DNA of 64,000 bases from Camelus dromedarius. Its lineage: Eukaryota. The translations under genes were made by a program, and so were the position numbers. Shown piece after piece: positions 40,238-53,790 of the stretch. The DNA lies in NCBI RefSeq assembly GCF_036321535.1, contig NC_087436.1:81532001-81596000 (forward strand), in the 5' to 3' direction. How positions within the stretch are numbered: position 1 is the first letter of the stretch; every line of letters starts with the position of its first letter. Below the pieces are notes generated by a model. That model saw only the letters and a program-made list of their open reading frames with translations, ran no database searches and had not been told where the DNA came from.

Positions 40238-40680
40238 AACATCGAGTCAACATTTTTACCACCTCTAGTTGTACTGGCAATTATAAAGTCTCTGCACTTT
40301 TAAATACTTACTCAGTCTGCTTGGTTTTATTAATGATCTTTTTTATCTGCCCAGATAAGAATGGCAATTTAAAGCCCTGGGGAAAGTGGTATAAAAATCT
40401 AAGGCTGAAATAACGAGAAAAAGGCACACTGTAGGAATATCACAATTTTAGTTCCATATGAACATTTTATCAGAAAAGATTAATTGATAAGCCTTAGAAT
40501 CTTCGACTAAGACTAATGCTAACAAGAAAGTCAAAATGCAAGGAGGAGATTTTTAATAGCCTGATGAATTATCCTGGCTACTAGAATGATTTCTACAGTA
40601 TGTCCTGTAATTGCTCTGTAGATGTTTAAGATACACATTTATTACCATTCTTAAAGAGCTTGTTACCAGCTGTGCAGAAG

Positions 40681-40807
40681 TAGAGCTGCCAGATAAAATA
40701 CATGCAATGTTCAAGGCACACTTATACCAATAAGTTATCTGTTATTTATTTGAAATTCTTATTCAACTGGGCATTTGTATTTTCATTTGCTAAATCTTGC
40801 AACTTAT
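40681..40807. mobile_element. MER53-like hAT MITE, internally deleted
   Basis: tagagctgccagataaaataca ... tttgctaaatcttgcaactta. Confidence 0.65.
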
Positions 40808-40919
40808 GCAGAAGCATAATTAGAGCCTGTTATCATGTAAGGTATAGTCACAGGTTCTGGGAATTAGGATGTGGGTTTTTGGGGTGGGAGGGACATTATT
40901 CAGCTACCACGTATCCTGA

Positions 40920-42210
40920 AAGTTAAACAGATGTTAGCCAATTGGACAAGAGAGAAAAAGATGGATTCAGATTTTGAGTCCTGTATTTTGACAAGGCCAG
41001 ATAGAAATGTAGGTCAGATTATAAAGTGATGAATAATGCCAAGCTAGAAAGTTCATATTCCAAAATGAAACAGAAGAATTTCAAGCAGGAGAGCAATGTG
41101 ATCTGATATGTATTTTTAAAAAATCTTAACAGCAATGCATAACCAAGGATCAGAGGGGAAGACAACTGAAAGAGGGAAGAAGGTAAGGGGCTATTGTGAC
41201 AGTTCAAGCAGAGGTCTGAACTACGGTGTCGTGGGAAGATGGAAAGGCAGACCCAGGCTGAAGAGATATTCAGGGAGTGAAATTAACAGAAGCTGGCAAG
41301 ATAAGGGTGTAAGAGAACGTGGGAGGGGGGGAATAGAGAATAATGGTGCCATTAACCAAAATTGGCGCTCTAGATAAAGGAAAGGACCAGTGGGTAAAGA
41401 TAATAGGCTCAATTTCAGACATACTGAGTTCCAGGTGTCTAGAAGCCTTAATTGTGAAGATACTTGGTCACTGATCATACATAGTCGGTCTATTTTACAC
41501 ACAATCACTTGAGGACATCACTAGAGGAAACTTGCTAAAAAAAAAAAAAATGTTAGAGCATATCTCTTCACAGGTCAAAACCCCAAATGACTCCAATCTC
41601 ATTCATAGTAAAATCCCAAATCCTCACAATAGTCCACTAGGTTAGGCAATCTGGCACCCTCATCTCCCTAAACTTGTTCTCTACACTCCCTTGATGCACC
41701 CATTCCACTCCAGACACACTGGCATGGTAGCACCTCAGATACCTTAGCATGCTCCCACCTCAGGGCCTTTGGACATACTTTTCCCTCTCTGAAACTCTCT
41801 TCTCCCAGATACCTATGTATCCCCTGCCCTGGGCTGCTTCGGTCTGAACTCAAACATTGCATTCCCAGGGCTGTGTTCCTTGACCACCTAGTTAAAATTG
41901 CTACCTCTGCCACCAACCCCAGCACTCAGAATCCTTGTTTCTTGCTTTACTTAGTCCATAGCACTATTCTCTGTAAACTTAGAATTCATTCATTTGTCTG
42001 TTTATTGTTTGTCCTCCCCTACGTCTCCAACCTCCTCCTGGACTCGCTGGAATGTAGAACGTTTCACAATATCAGGCATGACTTTGGATTCACTACTACG
42101 TGAGAACACTACCCGGCACACAGCAGCAACTCGATGAGTGTTTGTTTCATGATTAATGCTGGGGTTCAGGAATGAAGTCCAAATGAAAACACTGATTTAG
42201 GAGTCACATA
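40920..42210. mobile_element. L2 fragments: minus-strand copy interrupted by a plus-strand copy (~41570-42155)
   Basis: Minus: tttcagacatactgagttccaggtgtct. Plus: ctccagacacactggc, cctcagggcctttg, ccttgaccacc. Confidence 0.7.
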
Positions 42211-43680
42211 AATGGAGGCTGATACTAGCACATCCACAATGCTACACAGACACCTTTTTCTGTATGTTTTCATAACTCTTAGTTTACAAGTAAAGAAGCA
42301 TGAAACTAGGGGAGAAAGTCTGTATGAAAAAGAGAAGTGTTCAGGTATTTAAAAAAAAAACACTTAGAAAAACAATGCCAGCTATTTTGTGTTTCTTCAT
42401 AATTTATGAAATAATACAACCACACAAGATGATTTTTAATGAATAATAATATTAAATCAGGGAATACACTGAATTGTGCAAAACTTATGCAACAAGGGTT
42501 ATGGGAAAGGTAAAGTTTCTTGTATCTGAGATACCTGCAGTTTCCAAAATAGATTCTTTAATATATCGCTGCTAATTAACACTTACTTGATCTTATGTCT
42601 CTAATTATGCATCAAACAAAAAGCCAGTTCTAGTGACTCAATTCACAATAGTTCTTGAGAGCATCTTTCAGCACGGGCAAGTGAAGTGACAGCTGAGAAC
42701 CAGCTCTAATAAAAACGGTGTCCTGTAGGAATTGTAAAGTGGCTTATGATGCTTCCAGTAAACATCAGGGAGGGACCATGAAGTACCACACGGAGTGTGT
42801 ATGTGTGCTTTGTGATTCCTGGAAGACGCCCTGGTAAGGCAGGAAACAGTCAGCAACCAATTCAAAAGGCAGCTTCGGGAGGGATGATCAAAGGACTGAA
42901 CTTCTTAAGTGTCCCTGCCTCTTCTGTTTTGAATTTCATCATGTGATCTCCGAACCAGAGAAATTTTCTTTTTAAACTTACACCGCGAAGCTTGGAAAGC
43001 TCCAGATTACTCCCCTGTCCTTGAACACTAACACAATATTTTCTCTGTAACATTTCTAATATTTAATATTTAGGAATTTTAGCCAATATGTGTCTAAATA
43101 TGCATTTTTCCCTCTTTATAAACATTAACAAAGCTTTCTCCAGGAATTCTACTTGACATTCTAACTCACTGCAAACAGCTAAAATTTCAAGCTAGTATTG
43201 GCAACCTATTTCCTGAAAAATATGACTTAAATAAATCACATCTAGTAGCCTGCATAACCTATTCCTTTAAATCCTGTATATATACCATAATACTAACTGC
43301 AAGAGCTTATATTCAAGTTGCTTTGAAGACATTGATTTGCTGACTTCAACTGAGTAAACAGTTTTATACTACAAATTATAGAACACACACTAGCACAAGG
43401 CTAATTCTTAATAAGAGGACAAAGTCTCTAGGTTTAGTTACATAGAAGTGTGAGTCTGGCACTCAAGAGGGGTGTTATATGGACCAGTGAAATAATACAT
43501 GAGTGAAGTTTAAGCCTCTGACTCTAAGTCAGTTCTGCCACAAGCTGCACCATCTTGGGCAAGTTCATGTAATTTCTTGTAGTCTAAATTTTATTTGTAA
43601 AATGAAAGGGTGAAGCAGATGATGTTTAAGAATCTGATTAAATCCTAAGTATACATTAATCTAAATTATTTTTAGGTATT

Positions 43681-44095
43681 TGTAGGTCCCCGACTGTGGG
43701 AACAAGGGAACAGGCCTTGGGCTGGAATGGTAAACAAGTTATAAAAAGCTGCAGACTCAGAGGTGAGAAGGCTGGTTAGCCAAGGACGGGTAAGATCCCC
43801 AGAGGTGGGCAACCTAAGACAGGCACAACCGCCTGAGTCCAAGAAGAATATTGTGAAGCAGCTGTTTCTCATACATTCCGCCCTGATAAGCTGTAAGGCT
43901 TGCTGGTGCCAACACGAACATGATTTACCAAAACTTAAAGGGTCTTCTGACCTTGAGCCAGACGCTGCCTGTTAACCATTTCCCTTGTCATTCTTCTTTG
44001 CTATATAAGACTGTGCAACTTAATAAAGCTTCAGGGCAGCCATCAGCTCTCTCCGCATACGGTGTGTATGTGTACATGGTATCGAGACACCGACA
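43681..44095 (+). mobile_element. Young solo LTR (415 bp), betaretrovirus/ERV2-like layout
   Basis: TG...CA ends, perfect GTATT TSD, TATATAA 44002-44008, AATAAA 44022-44027, retained CpGs. Confidence 0.88.
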
Positions 44096-44449
44096 GTATT
44101 TTATCCATAGTTAATCTGGCTACAGATTGGCAGAATATATACTCTCAGAATAAACAGGCAGATATTCTTTCCTCTTTTCCAGACATGATTAATAATACAC
44201 AGTTAAGCATACATTTTCCTGTGTGATCATCTTTCTCTTTAAATTTGAAACTCATCACTACGAAAGTGGTAAACATTCAAAAATAAACTGGATGATCCTA
44301 AGAGTCAACTTGTTAAAGGAAACAAAAACTTACATAATGAGCATTGTTGCTTGCCTACATAAAATCTATTCTCTGCTTTTACCTTTTTAATATAACATCA
44401 ATTTTTGTCAAATAATCAGAAAGTGAGAGCTAACACTTCAATAGTGCCT

Positions 44450-44650
44450 CCCCTGTTTTTCAATAATTTACATCTAATAACTCACTAACCTTCATAATAA
44501 CTTTATGAAGTAAGTACTGTTACCAGCCCTACTAAAAAAACAGAAACTGAGTTAGCGTTAGCTTGCCGAATGTCACAGAGCAGGTAAATGGAGGAGATGG
44601 GATTTAAATGAGAGCAGTGGGGCTGTCTGTGCTCTTAACCATTACACTCT
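44450..44650 (-). mobile_element. MIR
   Basis: aataactttatgaagtaagtact...gaaactgag...gcttgcc...gtcacag...gtgctcttaaccatt. Confidence 0.75.
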
Positions 44651-44659
44651 TCCTACAGT

Positions 44660-45150
44660 CACCCTGCGTGGCTTGGGGAAGTTAATTCCTTACAACTTCA
44701 AAAGGGTCTCTTGATTAGACAATTACAATCATCCCAACTATCTTACCAATCATTAAACGGCATTCCTTGACAACCATGATAGCCCAGGCTACTACACAAG
44801 CTAAGCTGGACCAATCAGACTAACAAAGAATGTTTAAAAAGAATATAAAAAAGAATGTTTACTCCATGGTAGGAAGGGAGGTCTACCCCAGAGCAAGGAC
44901 ACGTGTTATGCCAATGCTGCTGGCAGCCACCTGCCAGTCATGAAGGAAGCCAGTCTGAAGTTAAAGCCCACGTGAGGGAAGAGAGAGGAGCCAAAAGAAT
45001 CATAAAGACGTGAAGCTGGAGCCCCCACATTACTACACTCTCAGCCCACTCTGCCTCTGTACTTTCTTTTGTTTGGATGACAAATTCCCTTACTGGTTAA
45101 GCCAACTTGAATCAAGGGGTCTCTTTTTCAGACCCAAAGGTATCTGACAA
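44660..45150 (+). mobile_element. MaLR MLT1-like LTR
   Basis: aagctggaccaatcaga, gctgctggcagccacc, aaattcccttactggttaagcca. Confidence 0.7.
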
Positions 45151-46969
45151 ATATTAACAATAATTAAGCACCTTATCCACAAATTCTAAATTGCTAACAA
45201 CCGTTGTTTAATCTAACCTATATTTTCTCCCTCTGCCCTGAGACCTGCTGTAATACAACATTTATGTTAACGCCACTGAAACTTACTACTGAGTCATTCC
45301 CTTTCCAGGACATCTGTTTACTTGACAAAGATTTATTGAGCACTTACTCTGTCTCACGCATTGTGAGGTCCTGGTTTAGGGAGATAAATGAGTCACAGCC
45401 CCTACCCTTACAGAATTAATGTCTAGGAAAGGAGAAAGACATATAAATCAACAAATTACCATAATATGCAACAGTGTTAGAATATATAAACTCTGTGTGT
45501 GTGCATGTGTGTGTGTGTAGTGCTGTGTAGGTGCTGTGAGAGCACAGAGAAGAGAATCTTTAAGATGCTTTGAAGTACTTTATGAATGCTTCACAGAAGA
45601 GTTAACATTTTATTCCGATCTTGAAGTTTGACTAGGAGTCTAAAGAGTAGAGAAAAGACCTTCTAGGCAGTGGGAAAACCCTGATCAGCAGCATATAACT
45701 ACAAAAGTGTAGGGAACGTCTGAGAATGGCAAGAAGTTCCAGTAACGATGTGCTTCAAAAAAGAAAAGGGACAAGTTCTAGGACCCTAGTCTGGTTAGTC
45801 TCAAAAGTCCTTCTAGCTTTTTATTCTCATATTCAAGTAGCTTTATACTTCCTTCATCTCACCCACCATTATCCTCTGTTGAGTTAATAGAGCTAAATAA
45901 AGGGTCAAGGCTGTTTTTCTCTGTCTTTTCTAGTTCTCCACCTAAGAGGCAAAAAGAGGCAAAAAGCTCAAGAGATGTATTAGCTACCATTATGGTATCT
46001 GTGAAACTCTGATGTTTGTAAAACCCTGTGATTACTTTCTTGACAATCATAATTTGTCAGTGCTTCATTGTAGCTTTACTAATTCTGCTAAGCTTCTCTT
46101 CCACAATTAGTTTTGAAGTATTATTTGAAATTTTCTGGTTATTTAAATTACAACGTTAATTTATAAACTTCTTCTCGTAAAGCCAACTGACAAGAGAACC
46201 TAACAAGAGAACTCAATTTTCTCTTAATTTCAATTTGTCACTTAACATTTAAACAATTTACCTTTACTAAGCACCTCCTATATGCATGGGATAAGCACTG
46301 GAGATTTTATGAAAATGTAGCCTAGAACTAAGTCCACATGAAATAATTAAGCAGTAAAATCTCAAATGGCTGTAGCCAGAAAAGATTTTTGATGATACCA
46401 AGAAAATCTCATGAGAGCTCCTGACTCCCATCGAAGGAAAACCTTTCTCAGGTCAGACTCCATTAAGCAACCCTTCTTTCCCACCTAAATTGAGAATTAG
46501 GACACAGGATCTTCTATTGTAATGCAGGGCTAACCAGAAAGATTCACTCTTGCAGTGACAGGCAACAGAGAAGCCGACCGGTGACCCCCCTAAAGGGCAG
46601 TGACGCCATTATCATTTCTAGGCTGAAGAGCAGCTGAATTGGCCGTCTTACTAAATATTTCAAAGAACAAACCCTTAATTTCAGTATCATGATGGTGATA
46701 AGATAGAAATGTTATCAATCAATAAAGATACTATTGGAAATCTAAATTTTGAACTCATTCAGAAAGACTTTGAAGGCTCTGAACTTGTTTTAAAAAGTAG
46801 AATTGAGCCCAGGCAATTGTGAAACTAATTTGAATCATCAAACCAAAATAACAAAGGAGAAGAAATCTGACTAGGTCCAAGAAAATTCTCTTGGCCATTT
46901 CAACCTCCAGCTTCTTATCAAATTCCTAGGGAAGATAAACTGATAGCTAAAACCAGAACTTCATTATAT

Positions 46970-47460
46970 GTATATGTTATATATATACACATATACCATA
47001 TGCTTTCAGATACATATAATGAAGCTTAGTGGCTAAATTAAATAAAAGTTTATTTTTGTCACTTAAAAAGACATCTGGACGTGGGTGGTTGCTGTATTGA
47101 TTTAGTGACTCAGTTATGTAAGGCCAGTGTTTCTGTGATTTCTCTGGGCAGGATCCTTCAGCATCACAAGATGATTACTAAAACTCTAGGCTTCTGCTCA
47201 TTAGGTGCTAAAATGAGTAGGGGCAGACCAGTGCCCACCAAATTGGTCTCTGTTAACTTAGAAAGTGAAATCTTCTGAGACACAATCTCAGCTGACTTCC
47301 ACTTGGGCACAACCATGTCCCAGGGGTCACCCCTTTTAGCAAAAGAGGCTAGAGAGAGAATTTTTTTTTAATCTTTTCCAGCCTCGATAGTAGAAGAAGA
47401 AAGCAAGAGAGAAGAGGGGTTGGAAATGACTCGAGGTCAGTAGAATCGGGTCTGCCTGCA
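46970..47460 (-). mobile_element. MaLR MLT1-like LTR fragment
   Basis: gtggctaaattaaataaaagtttatt, cacaagatg, gctgacttcc...accatgtc. Confidence 0.55.
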
Positions 47461-50400
47461 AATGCAGGCTGCAGTAACTGATCAGCACAATGGGAGATCG
47501 TTTTTTGGTTCATATAGTGGGTTTGGCCAATGCCAACAAATTTTTGTTGTCTTGAATCCCATATTAAACAGGCTTTTCAAATATTTTAAAGCCAGGTTTC
47601 TTGGTCAGCTGGGCACTGCAATGACAACTTCATCCAAGAGGCTTATATTTGAGGCAGCAAACTAGAAAAACTTCATGATTATACAACAATGCCTTAACAA
47701 ACTCATTCTCGACTGTAGAGCCTACATATGATTAAACCATAATGGAAATGTTAAGTAAAGATGTTAAGTGACTGTACCACAGAAAGCCTCGTGTCTAAAA
47801 GAGGGGAAATCACATGAAGTGAGGATGGAACAAATACACAAAAATAGGGCAGCTAAAAATAATATCTGACTATTTCTCAACATTTGTCTTTGTCCAAAAG
47901 CAGAAAGATTAAATAAATGACCTTTTAAGGCCTTTCCATAGTAAATTGTCCAGCTAAACTCACAGGAATGATGATCTTTAGCAACTTTTGCAAGGGCTTT
48001 AACAAACCCATGGAGCTATGATCATTAATTAAATAAAAGTATTTGTCTAGCCTACAGAGTTTTGAAATAAACATTCTCTCCAGTAATCACATAGGCAAGT
48101 GGCTGATTGCATTGCAGTCCTTGTACTGCACTTGTGATCGTCTTAAGAACCCACATCAGAGGTTTTAAAACAACCCAGACAGACAAGCTTAATTCTATTT
48201 TAAACAACGTTAACAGGAGATTATACAGCCTCGAGATGAGTATCTCATAAAAATAGCTATTGTTCCTATTGAACTATGTTTCTGTTATTAATATTGACTA
48301 AAAACCTAGAGACTTTTACAGTGAAAAAAATAGAAAGAGGCAACATTTACCCAATTTTGAAGTTACTTCTGAAATTTTTAATTAAATAAAGTCTAAATTT
48401 TCTAGAGGAGTTACCTGATATTCTTTGTCTTGAAATTTCTTCATTATAGAATAGAAAAATAGCAAAAAAAAAAAAAAAAAAAAGAAGAAGAAGAAAGTAA
48501 ATTATGTAATGTCTGAAAACTTAGCCATTGCTGTAAACAAATCATGGACAATGCTTCCTGGGGCCTTAACAACGTACTAGTGTCAAGGAAACATGTTCTC
48601 AAAGAGCCAAACTGATTAATTTCACCATTAGTCATGAGCCACAACACAGCCAGGGGACATGACAGATTGACTGTTGGACAAAACTATTATTTTTCGCTGT
48701 GACCAATGCTATAACAGTTGAGATCATAGCTGGGGAAGAAGTAACCTCAATCATGCAGTTAAAGTGTTGTTTTAAACCAAGTGACCAATAATTTTCTCCC
48801 TGAAATAAAACTTCAGGGAGCAACACTTAGAAGTGAAGGAATTACCCAACACAACAGATAATTGCTTCCACATTAGAAGTCTAAGAAAAAGACCCTGGTT
48901 CTTCAAATAACTGAGCAAAGATAGCAATCTACTATTATCAATGTTAAACTAAACACCTTTTTTTAAAGCTTTAAAATAAAGTGTGTTCTTATAAATATTC
49001 TTCAAAAACGTCAAAACACTTGGCAAAATAGGGTTTATGTTTCAAAAGAAGAACATAAACTAACATCCTAATGCAAAAATGTAACATATGCGTAATATCA
49101 CCGATGACCACTCTGCTTAATCAGAGTAACATATTCTTAGAATCCTATTTTCTGAAGAAAAACAATGATAAAGAGATTCTCATTTTTTTATATATAAAGG
49201 AAAAGACTAAAAAGGAAAGCTGAGTAGGACAGAGTGAGGAGATAAGAAATAGAGAAGCCCTTCTGGTTCAGTTTTGCCTGGGATTATTGCCACTCTCCAG
49301 TTTACCACTGGATTGCAACTCACCGTCTATGAGTTCCAAAAATAAATGCATCACCTTTGTAACGTATAGAGGTTTTTAAAAATGCATTTCCTGGTGTCAA
49401 TGACTGAAGAACATGAATGGAATTAGATATGGAGGTTTTCAGTCTATGCATCTCTCACTCTTGCTGATTTCCTCCTCAATGCATGCGACCTCTGTAGATA
49501 GGATGCTGTGGCAGGAGACGTTCTCAAGTGGAAGAGCTGCATTCCAATCTCAACACACATACGCTGTCCTGACAATGCACGGTCCATTCCATCTGCTCTT
49601 AGGAGAACCAGGCAGGGGATATGGAAATCTCCCCTACAGATCTAATTCAAACTACAATCTTGTCTTGAACAATAGCTTTTATGTCTATACTGAATATTTT
49701 TAAAACCCCAATTCTCTCTAATTTTTTCTGATTGGAAAATTCTGGAAAAGTTTATCAAAACTGAATTTTTTTCTGGGGGAAGGGGAAAAGAAAACTTTCC
49801 TACTTTGCTACGTCCCTACACATAAACAAAAATCTTCTTGAGTTACCCAGCATTGCCTCGAGATTTAGAAACTGTGTTGAGATATTGCTTTGTCTTAATT
49901 TTTTCCCCAGCAGAACTTAGGTTAAGGATAGAGAATATATTTCCTTTGCATACCCACAGCACCAAACAGTACCTGACATGTACTTGGCACTTAATATATA
50001 ATTATTCAATGAAAAGCCAGAGGATACAAAGAAAGAGAATGGAGAAGACAAATGGAAAGGAAGGAGGGCAGGTATCAGGCAGGTACAGTGACGCTGAATT
50101 ACACATTTATAGGCACTGGACAAAAGTTTCTGTATTTAGGGACCTCATGTACAGCAGGCACACTAAAGCCAAGATATTTTCCCCATTCCCATTCTTCCTC
50201 ACAAGTAATTTTTATTATATTTTATAGAACAGCCTTATCAATGGCTCTCATCTCTACAATCAACTAATGCCAGCATGTTTAAGATAGACTGAACCAGTGC
50301 CCTCACCAGTGCACAAATGTGTCAGCAGCTTGCATATTCTCTCCAGAGAAGAGTGGAAATATACCTTTAACTAAAATCTGCTGGTTTACTTTAATTGTCC

Positions 50401-51059
50401 ACAGTCAAAAACTCAACAGTTAGTTACAATGAGAAAATATATTATAGCTGTAAAGCCATGTTATAAAATTTTCCATTCTTTAAATGCTCCTGTTTTGAAA
50501 TTGGCCAAACTTACAACATTATGTTTCTGTTTTGCTTATCCTGAGAACTGAGAGTTCCATTAATATCAGAGAAAATTTTCCTTTTCATACTAGAAATGGG
50601 ATATACATTGCCAAATGAACAAATATTTCAATTTATTTAATAAGTACCTATATTTTTTTCTGAGCAAATAACCACATCATGGGTAAACTAAAATCACACT
50701 CTTTTCAAAGATACATCATGGGGTATCTGAAACTTTGTGCATCACATTCCATTTTTAATTGTTACATTAGGTCAGTTGTAACAGGTGACTGGCCATGCTC
50801 TCAGTTCCTCTGCCTTTATTCCAAATGTCATTTCTCACTGTACCATTTTAAAGAAGTAATTGTAGGAAAATATAGGATATTTGCATGAATATATCCTCTA
50901 CTGTACATGACCAACAAATTGACCTTTTTATTAATCCTAATAATAATTTATTTTCTCGTGCTTTGCTCTCATCCAAAAAAGTATAGGTGAAAGAAGCAAA
51001 GCCCAGTTAATTAAGGAATCACTTTAGGTTGGTTTGGGTTACGATAAATTAAAGCTTAA

Positions 51060-53170
51060 TTTGTTATTTAAAAGGACAGATCTGAATCTATATACCACAT
51101 CCACTAAGAGTGGATTTCCTAGCCGGCCTTCTTGAATCTCACAGAACGTCTTCAGTATCATGAAACCTTCCTTTGGGGCTCATGTGATTCATATATCACC
51201 TCCCTCTTTCTTCCTCATTACAATCATCCACTGATTCAGCAATAACTTCATACCGGTTCACAACCTCCCTCTTAATCCCTGCCATCACTCTGCGTGAATT
51301 CAATCCCCATGTTGCTGACCAGTCCAATGGTCTTGCCTGACAGTTCTTTTGTCCTTCTCAGTTACAGTCATTACCCACTTCCACTTCCCTGCAGGCATCT
51401 TCATCTCAGGCTTTATATCACCCAGAAGTGCCCCATTTTTGAAATCCTAAACTCCAATGTCAGATTCATTGAACCACATTCTCTTATATCTCCAGTTCCC
51501 TCACAGCCTCTCTATCGTCTTCTCTTCCCTTTAGTCTCTCCTTTTGGTCCTAATTCATCAGCCCGAGCCTATTTATTCTCTCCCTTTTCTATGACTAATC
51601 TAAGTATCATTTAAAATACAATCTCACCAAACCCCTTAACTCACATTCTCCCAATCAATTCATCACACATACCAGGCAAAACCTCTGGCCTGGATCAGTT
51701 CAGCTGTCTATTCATTCTTCTTCTATGCCTAGACTGCTAGGGCATGCTACAGAAAAGACAGAATGCACAATCATGAAGATGAATGGTATGAAAAATTCAT
51801 AGATTCCAGCTTTAACTGTACCCTCAGAATTGTTTTGCAGTCCTAATCATTTCCTTATTCTTTGTCCCACAGTAGCTATGTGAAATCATCCCAGGCCTCC
51901 TACCCTCATTACCTACTTTATCACTTTTAACAAATGACATCAATTCCCTACTTCATAGGAAAAACTAGTCATCATTTGCTTCCTCTCAATACTAAATTAT
52001 TTATAAGCAACACAATATTTCCTTATTTGTTTTTGTTCCAGCGGAAGAGCTCTTTCTCCATTTATATCCCATTCTCTTTCCCCCATTTCCCAGGTCCTCA
52101 GGTATCTCTTCTTATAAATTCACATCCTCTTGACCACCTGGATTTTAACCTCTTCTATGCTGGCTTCAACCCCTCTCTGTCTATAATTATATTCAAATCT
52201 TTTCTATCTAGTAATAAAATGAAATCAAATCTTTATTAAACAAAATGTTTATTAATCTGTGCTTCTGGACACCACACTGTTTTTTCCTTTTCCCTTCAAA
52301 ATTATACTGGTAGAAAGAGAGGTCCCTGTTTGCTGTCTTTCTTTACATTTATTCATCTACCCATGAATCTGCCTTCTACCTTTGCCCCGTGCTACTAGAT
52401 TTCCTTCTGTCCAGGGCAACATTGACTCTCAATCTCAAAAATCAAATGGAAACTTTTCAATCAGTATCCTACCTAACCTTTCAGAAACGTGTAGACTACT
52501 GCATCCTTCTTGAAATTACTTATCTCTCACTCCCTTAACCTCCTTCAAGTCTTTACTCAAATGCCACTTTCTTGTCTACCTACCCAGACTATTTGGTTTG
52601 ATTTTTTTTTTCAGACTACCTAATTTTAAATTTGCACCCTTTGCACTCTGTCTCCCTTACATTGCTTTATTATATTTTATTATATTTTCATCTTTTTACA
52701 AAATATAGGATTTACTTATTTATTATATTTTTGTCTGTCTCTCCCCAGCAGCAAATAAGTCTATCTGCTGTGTTCACAAATTTATCTCAACATCTCACAC
52801 AAATTGCTCAAAAAAATATTTGTCAAAAGAATGGATCTCTTGGTTTCCAGGACAAGAGTCTCTCTCAGCTTTTCTCTTGAATCCTGGGTTTTCTCTGTAT
52901 CCTTTGAAACCTCCTCTACACATCCCATAGCTTTTCGTTTTCTCTAAGTTTCCCTCAATAGACTCTTTCTTCATATTCTCTCAGAGAGATCTCAGCCACT
53001 GACATGATTTGAACACCTTCTTTATGTTAGATACTAAATATCTGTATTTCCAGTCCAAATCTTCCTCCTGAATCCCAGACCCATATATCTAACTTCTTCA
53101 TAAACATCTACATTTAGAGGACCCACAGAGAACTCAAACTCAGCATATCGAAACTCTGACCTACTACAGT
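51060..53170 (+). mobile_element. Long L2 fragment with a nested L2 3' end (~52525-52835)
   Basis: Pyrimidine-rich L2 ORF2 and 3' motifs: aaatcaaatggaaacttttca, ctgaatcccagaccc, ctcaaactcagcatatc. Confidence 0.75.
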
Positions 53171-53661
53171 CTACTATATCTACATTTATGTCTTCTGTAA
53201 AGTACCATTTCCAAGTACAATATTTTACCTAAAACCTCCTGGTGGAAGTGAATGATATTGTGGATGTGAAATTGAATCTATGTTTTATGTAACAAGGAAG
53301 CATTCAAACCATATCAAGAGAATTACAGTTCTAATATTATGAAAGTGAAATATAGGTAGATCAAAGAAGCCTTTGCTCTTAGCCCTCAGTGATATTTTTC
53401 TATAGTTTTGATAATCATTAGATAATTAATGACTTAGATACTGAATTTTCTGTTGTAAGTGTATAGAGATAAAGTTTTTTAAAAACATTACCCTCCAAAG
53501 CCATTTACATCTGCAAATGAAAACCATCAACCAGCAACCATTATCTAATACATTTAACCAAGATGATCACATTTCAGAGGCAAAACATACGATTATAACT
53601 AAGCAGCACAACCTCCAAATGCCAGATAAAGTGTGACATAGGCAAAACATACACCATTCTA

Positions 53662-53790
53662 GGGGGGAAGGTATAGCTCAGTGGTAGAGTGCATGCTTAG
53701 CACGTACGAGGTCCTGCCTGGGTTCAATCCCCAGTACCTCCACTGAAGATAAATAAATAAGTAAAACTAATTACTACCCTGCCCTCTCAA
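53662..53790 (+). mobile_element. tRNA-derived camelid SINE (Vic-1 type)
   Basis: ggggaaggtatagctcagtggtagagtgcatgcttagc...; TSD atacaccattc (53649-53659 and 53793-53803). Confidence 0.92.
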
